Source: Candidatus Cloacimonadales bacterium
Lineage (GTDB): Bacteria; Cloacimonadota; Cloacimonadia; Cloacimonadales; JAIOQZ01
Length of the DNA: 64,000 nucleotides
NCBI GenBank assembly: GCA_963665815.1
Contig: OY762463.1
Coordinates: 2,464,001-2,528,000, forward strand
Reading direction: 5' to 3'
The translations under genes and the position numbers were made by a program. The notes under the pieces are model-generated. The model saw only the letters and a program-made list of their open reading frames with translations. It did not search any database and was not told where the DNA came from. Shown here piece after piece: positions 54,681-63,248 of the stretch (the stretch's first letter is position 1; each line of letters opens with the position of its first letter).

Positions 54681-55346
54681 ATGCCTAAGAAATTGGTTAC
54701 GATCAATGAAGCTGCGAAATACCTGAAGTTGAAAGATCATGTTGTTAGTGAAATGATCAAAACCGGTGTTTTCAATGTTGAGAAGAGCGGCAAAACCTAT
54801 AAGATCGACAAACACGAGATCAAGGAATGGCTTGCTAATCTTAATGAAACTGAGGAAGAACAATTAGCATTAAGAAGAACTGTCTGCAGGTTCAATGATT
54901 ATTTTGAAAAAGATTATATCAAGACCGGATTTGTTTCAGAAAACAAGTATGAAGCAATTGCAGAAATGTCAAAGTTCGCAAAAGAACTTAAAATTGTGAG
55001 AGATCACAGATGGCTGTATGAAGTTGTTGTTGCAAGAGAAGAGCTTGTCTCAACTGCTGTGGGAAATGGTGTTGCCATGCTGCACCCGAGACACATGCAC
55101 CCTACAAAGATCAAAAAACCATCAATCATACTTGGAAGAACTCCGGATGGTGTTGAATTTGATGCACCGGATAATAAACCGGTTAAACTTCTTTTCATGC
55201 TGCTGCTTCACAATGATAAACAGCATTTATTCTCATTATCTTATCTATCAAGATTTCTGCTTAATGAAGATAATGTTAATGCTCTTCTTGAAGCGAAAGA
55301 TGAAGAAAATATCTTCAATGTTCTTACTGACAACGTCATGAAATAA
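54681..55346 (+). CDS. excisionase-like HTH fused to PTS EIIA (Ntr/Fru-type) domain
   Basis: TINEAAKYLKL HTH; AREELVSTAVGNGVAMLHPR with the phospho-His; FDAPDNKPV. Confidence 0.88.
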   Translation: MPKKLVTINEAAKYLKLKDHVVSEMIKTGVFNVEKSGKTYKIDKHEIKEWLANLNETEEEQLALRRTVCRFNDYFEKDYIKTGFVSENKYEAIAEMSKFAKELKIVRDHRWLYEVVVAREELVSTAVGNGVAMLHPRHMHPTKIKKPSIILGRTPDGVEFDAPDNKPVKLLFMLLLHNDKQHLFSLSYLSRFLLNEDNVNALLEAKDEENIFNVLTDNVMK

Positions 55347-55363
55347 ATTAAATTGGAGGACTG

Positions 55364-55816
55364 ATGCCTTTAGTCAGAGTAATACTCGGAAGTAAATCTG
55401 ATATTGCCCATGGAGAGAAAATTAAAGAATTTCTCGAAAAATTTGATATCCCTTATGATTTCCACATTTCCTCAGCACACAGAAAACCGGAACAAACAGC
55501 TAATTTGGCAAAGAACGCTGAAAATGAAGGTATAAAAGTAATTATTGCTGCTGCTGGTATGGCTGCACACCTTCCGGGAGTTGTTGCATCACACACAACA
55601 CTGCCTGTAATTGGTGTTCCTTTAACAGGACCTACCCTCAGTGGTGAAGATGCTCTTTTTGCTGTAGTTCAGATGCCTACAGGTGTACCTGTAGCAACTG
55701 TTGCAATTAATGGTGGAAAAAACGCTGCAATTCTGGCAGCACAGATTCTAAGTACTTTTGACAAAAACATCAAAGAAAAGCTAATTAATTATAAGAACGA
55801 ACTGGCAGGAAAATAA
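55364..55816 (+). CDS. purE: N5-CAIR mutase
   Basis: GSKSD, SAHR, AGMAAHLPG and QMPTGVPVATV. Confidence 0.97.
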   Translation: MPLVRVILGSKSDIAHGEKIKEFLEKFDIPYDFHISSAHRKPEQTANLAKNAENEGIKVIIAAAGMAAHLPGVVASHTTLPVIGVPLTGPTLSGEDALFAVVQMPTGVPVATVAINGGKNAAILAAQILSTFDKNIKEKLINYKNELAGK

Positions 55817-55851
55817 TATTTTGCTGCTCCACTGATCTATAAGGAAAAACA

Positions 55852-56775
55852 ATGGTATCCAGAGAACAGAAAATCAGACTTGGGGTTTTTCTTACTGTAA
55901 GTACAGCTCTCATGATTCTCCTTTTTGTGCTGATAGCAGGAAAACAATTAATGGAGAAAAGTGATACTTATTTCATAAGATATGAGAACACGTCTGTAAA
56001 TGGATTACAGATTGGTGGAGCAGTAAAACTCAATGGTATTTCTATTGGTCGGGTTGAAGATATCACTATTGATAAAGAAGATATTACAAGAGTAGTTGTT
56101 GAACTCAGTATCAGAGGCGGTACTCCAATCAAATCTGATTTTGAAGCAACTCTTGTTCCGGTAGGTATAACAGGTTTAAAGCAGGTTGAACTTGTAGGAG
56201 GCTCTAATTCTTCTGTCTTTCTTAAAAGCGGAGATACTATAAATGCAGGAGTTTCTACTTTTGATAATATTACCGGGAAAGCAGAGATTATAGCTGAAAA
56301 GGTCGAACTTGTACTTAATAATGTGTTAGAACTGACAAGTGGAGAAAACAAGGAAAACTTTGAGAGAATCCTAAAAAATACAAACCTTATTATTGATGAA
56401 AACAGAGAATCTTTCTCCAGTATAGTCAAGAATACGGATTCACTTTCATATTACATAACTATCCTTGCAGCAAACGCCGCTACATCAATGAAAAAAATCA
56501 ATGAGATTATCCAGTCTGAAGAGCTTCAGAAGATACTTAGTAACAGCGCGGAATTCACTGATTCTATAATTGAAGAAGAACTTATTAAAGAGCTTATGAT
56601 GACGATCGATGAATTCAGATCTATAGTGAAGAATATGAATAGATTTGTCCAGAGCAGTAAAAGAGATTTACTGCCTACATTTGAATCTTTACGAGAAACT
56701 ATGGATTATCTGAACGAGTTCTCCAGACAAATTGGTGATGAACCTTCACTTTTGCTCAGGACAAAGAGAAAATAG
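55852..56775 (+). CDS. MCE-domain protein (MlaD family) with helical tail
   Basis: N-terminal TM segment, SVNGLQIGGAVKLNGISIGRV, GITG, long helical tail ending PSLLL. Confidence 0.9.
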   Translation: MVSREQKIRLGVFLTVSTALMILLFVLIAGKQLMEKSDTYFIRYENTSVNGLQIGGAVKLNGISIGRVEDITIDKEDITRVVVELSIRGGTPIKSDFEATLVPVGITGLKQVELVGGSNSSVFLKSGDTINAGVSTFDNITGKAEIIAEKVELVLNNVLELTSGENKENFERILKNTNLIIDENRESFSSIVKNTDSLSYYITILAANAATSMKKINEIIQSEELQKILSNSAEFTDSIIEEELIKELMMTIDEFRSIVKNMNRFVQSSKRDLLPTFESLRETMDYLNEFSRQIGDEPSLLLRTKRK

Positions 56776-56786
56776 GTGGAAGATAG

Positions 56787-58898
56787 ATGAAAATATTTAC
56801 AATACTGATTTCTGTTATTTTAATAATCGCACTTGCCGGCTGTACTGTGAGATCTATTTCTGAGCGAAACTACTACATCCTGGAATACTATCAGCACTCA
56901 GAAATAGATGAGCTTCGGTCTGCCGAACCAATTGATGCAACTGTCCTGATTAACGAATCAGATATCTCCAGAACATACAGTAAGAATAAGATAGTTATAA
57001 GACATTTCGGTCCGCAAATCACATATTCCGAAAACGAAAACTGGGCTACAAAAATCTCTGACGTTGTACCTGATCTGATATCCAGACGTTTAGACAGCTA
57101 TAATACATTCACTCTTGCAAAAAGAGAATTCCAGAATGACAATCCGCAATACGAAATTGTTTCAAAGATTAATAATATAGAGCTTTATGAATCAGAGTTT
57201 GGCAGAAATGCCGCTCACCTGAATATTGAGTTCTCTCTTATTAAATACAATTCTGAAGTTGCAGTTGTTAAACATTATGCAAACAGAGAAAAGTTCCTGC
57301 TGCAGGAAGACACAGAAACTTTTGTGCAGGAAGTAAATGTACTTCTTCTCGAAGAAATTGATAACTTTATAAAGAAGATCAATCTCGCATTTGCTCAGAA
57401 AAATTTCGACGACAGTTCACTCAATCCGGATAATCTGGTTGCAACAAATCTGGAGTCAGATTTTGAAACCCAGGAAGAAGAAAGTATGCAGGATGGTATG
57501 GGGCTGTTACTTTTGCCGGCATTGTCCAAAACAGACGATGAACCTTACTATAAAATATACGATAGATTCGGGCTTGAATATGATGGTCAGATAGGAAAAC
57601 CAATCCCTCTGGAAACAGGAACATACAGTGTTCGATTCGGGTCAGGTGAAGAAAATATGTGGATGGAAAAGAAAGATATTGAAATTAGGCCACATTTTAA
57701 GACTATCGTTAAACCGGACTGGGGAAATCTGATAGTAAAAATTATTGATGAAAAACGTAACACATTAAAGGTTCGATATGAAGTGTTTGATCCATCTACC
57801 AGTAACAGCTATGGTAGTGAATATCCGGCAGAGGAAGAAATCGGGGAAATCGAAAAAATATGGATTCTCAAGCCGGGACTGTACAAGATAACAATCAACA
57901 ATGAACCGATAAACACTTACAAGAACTTTACAACCGTTTATGTGAAAGAAGGTGAAATACAGCAGCTTACACTCGTGGTTGATACCGACGAAAATGAAAA
58001 TCCAACTGATCTGATTGGAGCAGGAATTATTGAAGGTGATAACATTGCATCTGCTTCTGATGTACATAAATTCTATAGTGCAGTTCACGGTAATGCTTCT
58101 TTTTCAAGAAGTAATAGTGAAGATAAAGATAATCCATCTACAGATTTAACAATAAATGGACAGTTTGATTCAAAATATATATTCGATTCGTTCCCTTATT
58201 ATTTTACAAGCAAGTCCAATATTGGCATCAGTGTTTCAAAAAACAGAGATACTGACTTGAGAGTTTCTTCCAGTGAGATGGATCTCAGAAATACTCTTAT
58301 ATACTATATAACAAATTCCATTGGGCTTTATACCAGAGCAGACTTGAATACAGAGTTCTTAGAGTTGTTTAGATATTATACTGAAACTCAGGACTCTATA
58401 AGGATTTATGATTCTAACAATAACTTAAAAAATACAAAGTACAGTACAAGAAAACTCAGACTAAATCCGTATTTCTATCCAATGGCGCTTAAGCAGGGGG
58501 CCGGATTGAACTGGAGAATAATCAATTCTGCTAAAGCCAGTATTAGTTTCAGAACCGGTTATGGCTTAAGACAGAACTTTTACAATGATGTGATTACTGC
58601 AAAAGACGATAATACTTTTACAGAGCTGAAAGATAATACACAGCAGGGAATAGAAATTTCACTGGTATCAAATTATCAGTTGCCTTTTAGAATTACCTTG
58701 AATTCCAATGCTGATGTTCTGATTCCATTCGAAAAAGACAACACAACGAGCTATGAATGGGAAAATGTCCTGAATATTAAGTTTATCAAAGGTGTTTCCC
58801 TGGATTATACATTCAAGTTGAATAAGAATGATGAAATTGCTGATTACATAATAACAGATCATGAAATCTATCTTAGACTAACTTATATTATTCATTGA
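56787..58898 (+). CDS. PqiC/ABC-auxiliary-like lipoprotein with large C-terminal extension (Ig-like plus putative beta-barrel)
   Basis: Lipobox LAGC; YYIL...Y.ENENWA pattern of PqiC-like proteins; 703 aa; beta-rich C-terminus. Confidence 0.65.
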   Translation: MKIFTILISVILIIALAGCTVRSISERNYYILEYYQHSEIDELRSAEPIDATVLINESDISRTYSKNKIVIRHFGPQITYSENENWATKISDVVPDLISRRLDSYNTFTLAKREFQNDNPQYEIVSKINNIELYESEFGRNAAHLNIEFSLIKYNSEVAVVKHYANREKFLLQEDTETFVQEVNVLLLEEIDNFIKKINLAFAQKNFDDSSLNPDNLVATNLESDFETQEEESMQDGMGLLLLPALSKTDDEPYYKIYDRFGLEYDGQIGKPIPLETGTYSVRFGSGEENMWMEKKDIEIRPHFKTIVKPDWGNLIVKIIDEKRNTLKVRYEVFDPSTSNSYGSEYPAEEEIGEIEKIWILKPGLYKITINNEPINTYKNFTTVYVKEGEIQQLTLVVDTDENENPTDLIGAGIIEGDNIASASDVHKFYSAVHGNASFSRSNSEDKDNPSTDLTINGQFDSKYIFDSFPYYFTSKSNIGISVSKNRDTDLRVSSSEMDLRNTLIYYITNSIGLYTRADLNTEFLELFRYYTETQDSIRIYDSNNNLKNTKYSTRKLRLNPYFYPMALKQGAGLNWRIINSAKASISFRTGYGLRQNFYNDVITAKDDNTFTELKDNTQQGIEISLVSNYQLPFRITLNSNADVLIPFEKDNTTSYEWENVLNIKFIKGVSLDYTFKLNKNDEIADYIITDHEIYLRLTYIIH

Positions 58899-58899
58899 T

Positions 58900-59976
58900 A
58901 TGGAAATAACCAGAACTGACAATACTATTTACATCAAGGGAGAGCTTGATAAAAATTCAGTTCCCACTGTTATAACTGAGTTTAAGAAGCTGTTTGATAA
59001 GAACTGCAAAGTTGACCTGTCCGGATTGAAATCCATTGATAGTGCAGGAGTAGCATTTCTGGATGAAACTCTTCAGAGAAACAGCTCAGAAGAATATTCG
59101 GAACTTTTTATTTCAATACCATCAAATATCAGTAATGCAATAGAAACATTCACATCTCTCAAAATAAATTTTGAGCATATAGAGGAGCAGAAGAGCTTTT
59201 TCTACATCATAGGAGAAAAAGCTTATGACTTCAAAGAAAGCTTTATGAATGCCCTTTATCTTACGTCTGACATAGCTTATTGGAGTATTGTCGGTATTTT
59301 TTCCGGTAAAAACAGACGTAAAGGCTCTGTTGCTCAGCAGGCAATTGTCATTGGGGTTGATGCTCTTCCGATTATTGGATTACTTTCCTTCATTATTGGT
59401 CTGATTTTGGCACTTCAGTCTGCAGCTCAATTAAGACAGTTTGGTGCTAATATTTTTGTGGCGGATTTACTTGCCGTATCAATGGTCAGAGAAATGGGAC
59501 CTATGATGACAGCTATAATTGTGGCAGGACGAAGCGGTTCGTCATTTGCATCGGAGATAGCAACGATGAAAGTGACCGAGGAGCTGGATGCTCTCAAAAT
59601 GATGTCTATCAATCCTCTTAGATACGTTGTAGCTCCTAAAATGCTGGCGATTACTGTCTGTATGCCGCTGCTTGTAACTCTGGCGATCATTATAGGTGTT
59701 CTTGGTGGACTTGTAATCGCAATGACTTATCTGAATCTCAGTGCTTACTCATATATTCACGAATGTTTTAATATACTTACATTTAAAGACTTGTTTCTAA
59801 GTTTAGTAAAAAGTGTCGTTTTCTCCTGGGTAATTGTTGTCATTGGCAGTTTTTACGGATTTCAGGTTGAAGGCGGTGCTGAAGGTGTTGGTAAAGCAAC
59901 CACGAATTCAGTTGTTTCCTCAATTTTTGCAGTGATCGTCATTGATGTTATCTTCAGTTTAATTTATCTGGTATAA
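58900..59976 (+). CDS. mlaE: STAS-fused MlaE family permease
   Basis: STAS motif IDSAG; REMGPMMTAIIVAGRSGS, TEELDAL and GAEGVGKATT. Confidence 0.92.
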   Translation: MEITRTDNTIYIKGELDKNSVPTVITEFKKLFDKNCKVDLSGLKSIDSAGVAFLDETLQRNSSEEYSELFISIPSNISNAIETFTSLKINFEHIEEQKSFFYIIGEKAYDFKESFMNALYLTSDIAYWSIVGIFSGKNRRKGSVAQQAIVIGVDALPIIGLLSFIIGLILALQSAAQLRQFGANIFVADLLAVSMVREMGPMMTAIIVAGRSGSSFASEIATMKVTEELDALKMMSINPLRYVVAPKMLAITVCMPLLVTLAIIIGVLGGLVIAMTYLNLSAYSYIHECFNILTFKDLFLSLVKSVVFSWVIVVIGSFYGFQVEGGAEGVGKATTNSVVSSIFAVIVIDVIFSLIYLV

Positions 59977-59977
59977 T

Positions 59978-60721
59978 ATGAGAAACAAAATAATCGAAGT
60001 CAAAGGTCTTGTTGCCAAGTATGGAGAGAAAACCATCCTTGACGGCATTGATGTGGATATTTACGATGGTGATGTAACCGTTGTTCTCGGTAGTAGTGGT
60101 TGCGGTAAATCGACATTTCTCAAGAATGTACTGAGATTATACGAACCTTTCAGCGGTTCAGTAAAAATCTTCGGAAAAGAAGTTACCACTATGAACAAAG
60201 ATGAATTTGAGGAAATCCTTAAAAACATTGGAATGCTTTTCCAGAATGGTGCCCTGCTGAACTCAATTAGTATCTTTGATAATATTTCAATACCTTTAGA
60301 ACAACACACAAATCTGAATGCTGATTTACGAAAAAGAATAATTCTTAGAAAACTTGAGCTGGTTAACTTGCTGCATGCAGCATATTTATATCCTTCTGAA
60401 CTTTCAGGAGGTATGAAGAAAAGGGCTGCTCTGGCAAGAGCTATGGCCCTGGATCCTGCATTATTTGTCTTTGACGAACCTTCTGCCGGTCTGGATCCTG
60501 TAACAAGTGAGTCTCTTGATAGTCTGATATTAACGCTAAAAAAACAATTAAATATAAGTGTCCTTGTAGTAACTCACGAGCTGGCAAGTATACACCGTAT
60601 TGCGGACAGGATAATATTCTTTCATAAGGGTGAACTGCTGTTTACAGGAAGTCTGCAGGAAGCTAAGAATTCTGGGATTGATGAAATTGTGAACTTTTTC
60701 AAAAGTGGTGAGTTCAGTTAG
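59978..60721 (+). CDS. mlaF: MlaF-family ABC ATPase
   Basis: GSSGCGKS, LFQNGALL, LSGGMKKR, DEPSAGLDP and VTHE. Confidence 0.92.
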   Translation: MRNKIIEVKGLVAKYGEKTILDGIDVDIYDGDVTVVLGSSGCGKSTFLKNVLRLYEPFSGSVKIFGKEVTTMNKDEFEEILKNIGMLFQNGALLNSISIFDNISIPLEQHTNLNADLRKRIILRKLELVNLLHAAYLYPSELSGGMKKRAALARAMALDPALFVFDEPSAGLDPVTSESLDSLILTLKKQLNISVLVVTHELASIHRIADRIIFFHKGELLFTGSLQEAKNSGIDEIVNFFKSGEFS

Positions 60722-60798
60722 GTAGGAGCAAGTATGCTGAAAAGAGAAATTAATCTACTGTATGAATACGAAGCATCTTAAATTCTATGTATTTTAGC

Positions 60799-61608
60799 TT
60801 ATCTCACTATGATTAAACCTTTGCCGTATAAACCATTAATTGCATCTAATCTAATGAGATTATACTCGTCATCAAACCAAAAAAGTACATCTATAATTCC
60901 ATCTTTATCTTCGTTCAGGTAAAATTCCGAAATATTTCTGAAAGTATGCCCCATAAACTTGACTTGCTTATAGTCTCTTGTATGAAATATTCTTCCAAAA
61001 ACTGTTCTAGTTATTCTTCCTTTAGCAAAAAGAGTATCAGGTGAACTATCATTGAAATATACAACAAGATCACTTCCTGAAACTAGAAATCTTCTGTTAA
61101 TGCACTTACTTCCAACAACCACATAAATTGAATCTGAAACATCATTGGATAAGCCTATGTCACTACAATTACATATTGGATACTCAAGTAGCTTTAAAAA
61201 ATCAACAGGTATAGAAATTGAATCATGAGCAACCTTAAAAAATGGACAATACTTACCGGTTATGTTTGATTTTGTTTTAATTACTTCATAGATTATGCTA
61301 TTGATTGGGGGAGGTATAGTTTCTTCAAGTATGTACCAAATGTTAAAAGGTTGATCAAACCCCCATTTGATGCTTTTGTAATACTTGTCATTCTTGCTTC
61401 TGTGAGCCTGTCTGTACCTATTCTCTAAATATTCAAGCTCATCAGAATCATCTCTGAAATCCTGAAGTTTCATATCATCTAAATTAACTCTGCTTTCATG
61501 ATATTCATAGTAATTATTAGCCTTAATTCTGTAAACTTGAATATCAACACAAAACAGTGACAATCCTCTAAGTAGAAGTAAGGCAGAAAAATAAATTTTC
61601 TTAAGCAT
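60799..61608 (-). CDS. hypothetical exported protein
   Basis: 269-aa ORF with a signal-like N-terminus; no motif recognised. Confidence 0.65.
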   Translation of the reverse strand: MLKKIYFSALLLLRGLSLFCVDIQVYRIKANNYYEYHESRVNLDDMKLQDFRDDSDELEYLENRYRQAHRSKNDKYYKSIKWGFDQPFNIWYILEETIPPPINSIIYEVIKTKSNITGKYCPFFKVAHDSISIPVDFLKLLEYPICNCSDIGLSNDVSDSIYVVVGSKCINRRFLVSGSDLVVYFNDSSPDTLFAKGRITRTVFGRIFHTRDYKQVKFMGHTFRNISEFYLNEDKDGIIDVLFWFDDEYNLIRLDAINGLYGKGLIIVR

Positions 61609-61663
61609 TTTGTTTTCCCTTTGGTGTTATAATTGTTTCGTTGACATAGCCGTATGTTGAACG

Positions 61664-61744
61664 TCACGAGTATCCAGGAATTCTCATTCCGAATGGATAA
61701 TAATGGTCTTCCTGGACTTCTAAAGCATTGTTGCCTACGTACAA
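61664..61744 (-). pseudogene. Rhs-core remnant
   Basis: Translates as (M)YVGNNALEVQEDHYYPFGMRIPGYS*. QExHYYPFG is the pattern that opens the Rhs repeat-associated core. Confidence 0.6.
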
Positions 61745-61921
61745 TCCTGTCTCCTTACTCCATATTATAGCTAAACTGAGCTCATTAGTGGCAAAAGGTC
61801 AAGAAATTTTTGAGTCAACCGTCCGGTTGTCTCTACGCGTATAGCAGGACTGCACAGACTGGTGCAGACAATGTTCTCCCTAATATATCTCCTGATGTGT
61901 TCCTAAGGAAACATCTACGGA

Positions 61922-62177
61922 CAGACTGTGTAAAAACGTAATTATTGTCGTTTCTTTTGTTCACAGCATATTCCCTTCGACTCCGCTCACACTGTGTGTA
62001 AAAACAGATTTTTGTCGCTTCATTCACTCAAAAACCAATTCCCTTCGACTCCGCTCAGGGAGCTTTCAACTCTAACTTTTTCAGCAAGTTAAGCTGATTG
62101 AGTCCCGATGAAACGGGAAAATCTGCGACAAAAAATGAGTATTAATTTTCTATCACAACCCGTTTTTACACAGTCTG
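61922..62177. mobile_element. 256-bp MITE-like insertion with 17-bp terminal inverted repeats
   Basis: CAGACTGTGTAAAAACG (61922-61938) and CGTTTTTACACAGTCTG (62161-62177). Absent from the second spacer copy (CATCTACGGGGAAATGTCGAG near 63458-63478). No transposase. Confidence 0.8.
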
Positions 62178-62301
62178 GTAGAAATGTCGAGTATACGAGA
62201 CAGAGGATTTAAAACACGGAACAATGATTATTGTTCCCTACAGACGCAGCATCTTGCGACGGAGGTATAAGTCATGCAATACTATGAATTAAAGACCAAT
62301 A

Positions 62302-62328
62302 AAAAGCCAGGAATGATTTCCCGGCTTT
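62302..62328 (-). terminator. intrinsic terminator (second copy near 63587-63613)
   Basis: AAAGCCAGGAA...TTCCCGGCTTT stem with an A-run, downstream of the 62366 gene. Confidence 0.65.
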
Positions 62329-62365
62329 ACATATGCTTTGTAAGTCCATAAATATGGAACTGAAA

Positions 62366-63175
62366 TTACGATTCTGTTTTGTACATTGCTTTGATAGAGT
62401 CCGGTATTACAAGCCATGATTGAGTATTATATATCATTTTTCTATCACTGTACATTGTTTGAAAATTGTAATAACCTTTTACTTTATAATCCTTAATGAA
62501 TAATGCATCATCCCAGAAACGAGGATCAGAAATGATGTATTTAATACGAAGATAAACAGAACCATTGCGCTCTTTAGTGGTGAGATAATTTGCTGCCAGA
62601 TCGGAATCAGAGCTTACATGAAGAACTGTAAATGTCTGGATTAGCTCTGAAAAGAAATTTATCCTTAAGTAATCGAAAATCTCTTCAAAACTGTTATGAG
62701 ATATGGTAGTTAGTAATTTCTCACCTTTGTGTATATCCCAGATTTCATCCTTGGTATCTCTGACTCCAATAAATACCGTTCCATCTCGACTGTATCCATC
62801 TTTCTCTACATGTATCGACGTTTTCTTAGTAGTTTTGTACTTTTCTGCTCCAAAAACTATCATTTTCAAAGAATCCGGACTATAAAAGATATCCCCAATC
62901 TCTACATCGGTACTTCCCTTTATCGTTAGAAATGTTTCCCTTCTTAAGTAATACTCTTTTAAGTAATTTCTTACAAGCAGGCTGTCTCGGTATATATATT
63001 TTTTTACACCATCAGGATAAACTGATTTTATATAATCATTATATGCTTGATGTGCAGCAGGAACAATCTCCTCATTATATCTTTTTAAAGCAAGATTACC
63101 TTTTATTTCATGATAAACATAAGAAGTGAACCATATAGTCCCAATTATTATTGGATACAATAAATACTTATTCAA
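62366..63175 (-). CDS. hypothetical membrane-anchored protein
   Basis: AGGAG plus TTG start, N-terminal TM segment, 269 aa. Confidence 0.75.
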   Translation of the reverse strand: MNKYLLYPIIIGTIWFTSYVYHEIKGNLALKRYNEEIVPAAHQAYNDYIKSVYPDGVKKYIYRDSLLVRNYLKEYYLRRETFLTIKGSTDVEIGDIFYSPDSLKMIVFGAEKYKTTKKTSIHVEKDGYSRDGTVFIGVRDTKDEIWDIHKGEKLLTTISHNSFEEIFDYLRINFFSELIQTFTVLHVSSDSDLAANYLTTKERNGSVYLRIKYIISDPRFWDDALFIKDYKVKGYYNFQTMYSDRKMIYNTQSWLVIPDSIKAMYKTES

Positions 63176-63248
63176 TGTTACTCCTAATCTTTTAGATGCT
63201 CTTTGACTTTATCACTATCATAGTATTTTAAAGAATATTCAGAAATGC

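Larger units (their letters stand above)
61738..63248. repeat. tandem duplication unit 1 (REP-rich spacer plus gene)
   Basis: CGTACAATCCTGTCTCCTTACTCC... recurs at 63249, and the spacer and gene 3' end are re-read downstream. Confidence 0.9.

Noticed and set aside
61620-61665. Integron attC site (GTTGAAC core)
   Set aside because: No matching inverse core or paired arms found, orientation does not fit the adjacent gene, and there is no integrase in the window.
61833-62027. 64-aa ORF as a transposase fragment
   Set aside because: It crosses the MITE boundary into hairpin DNA and shows no DDE or HUH motif.
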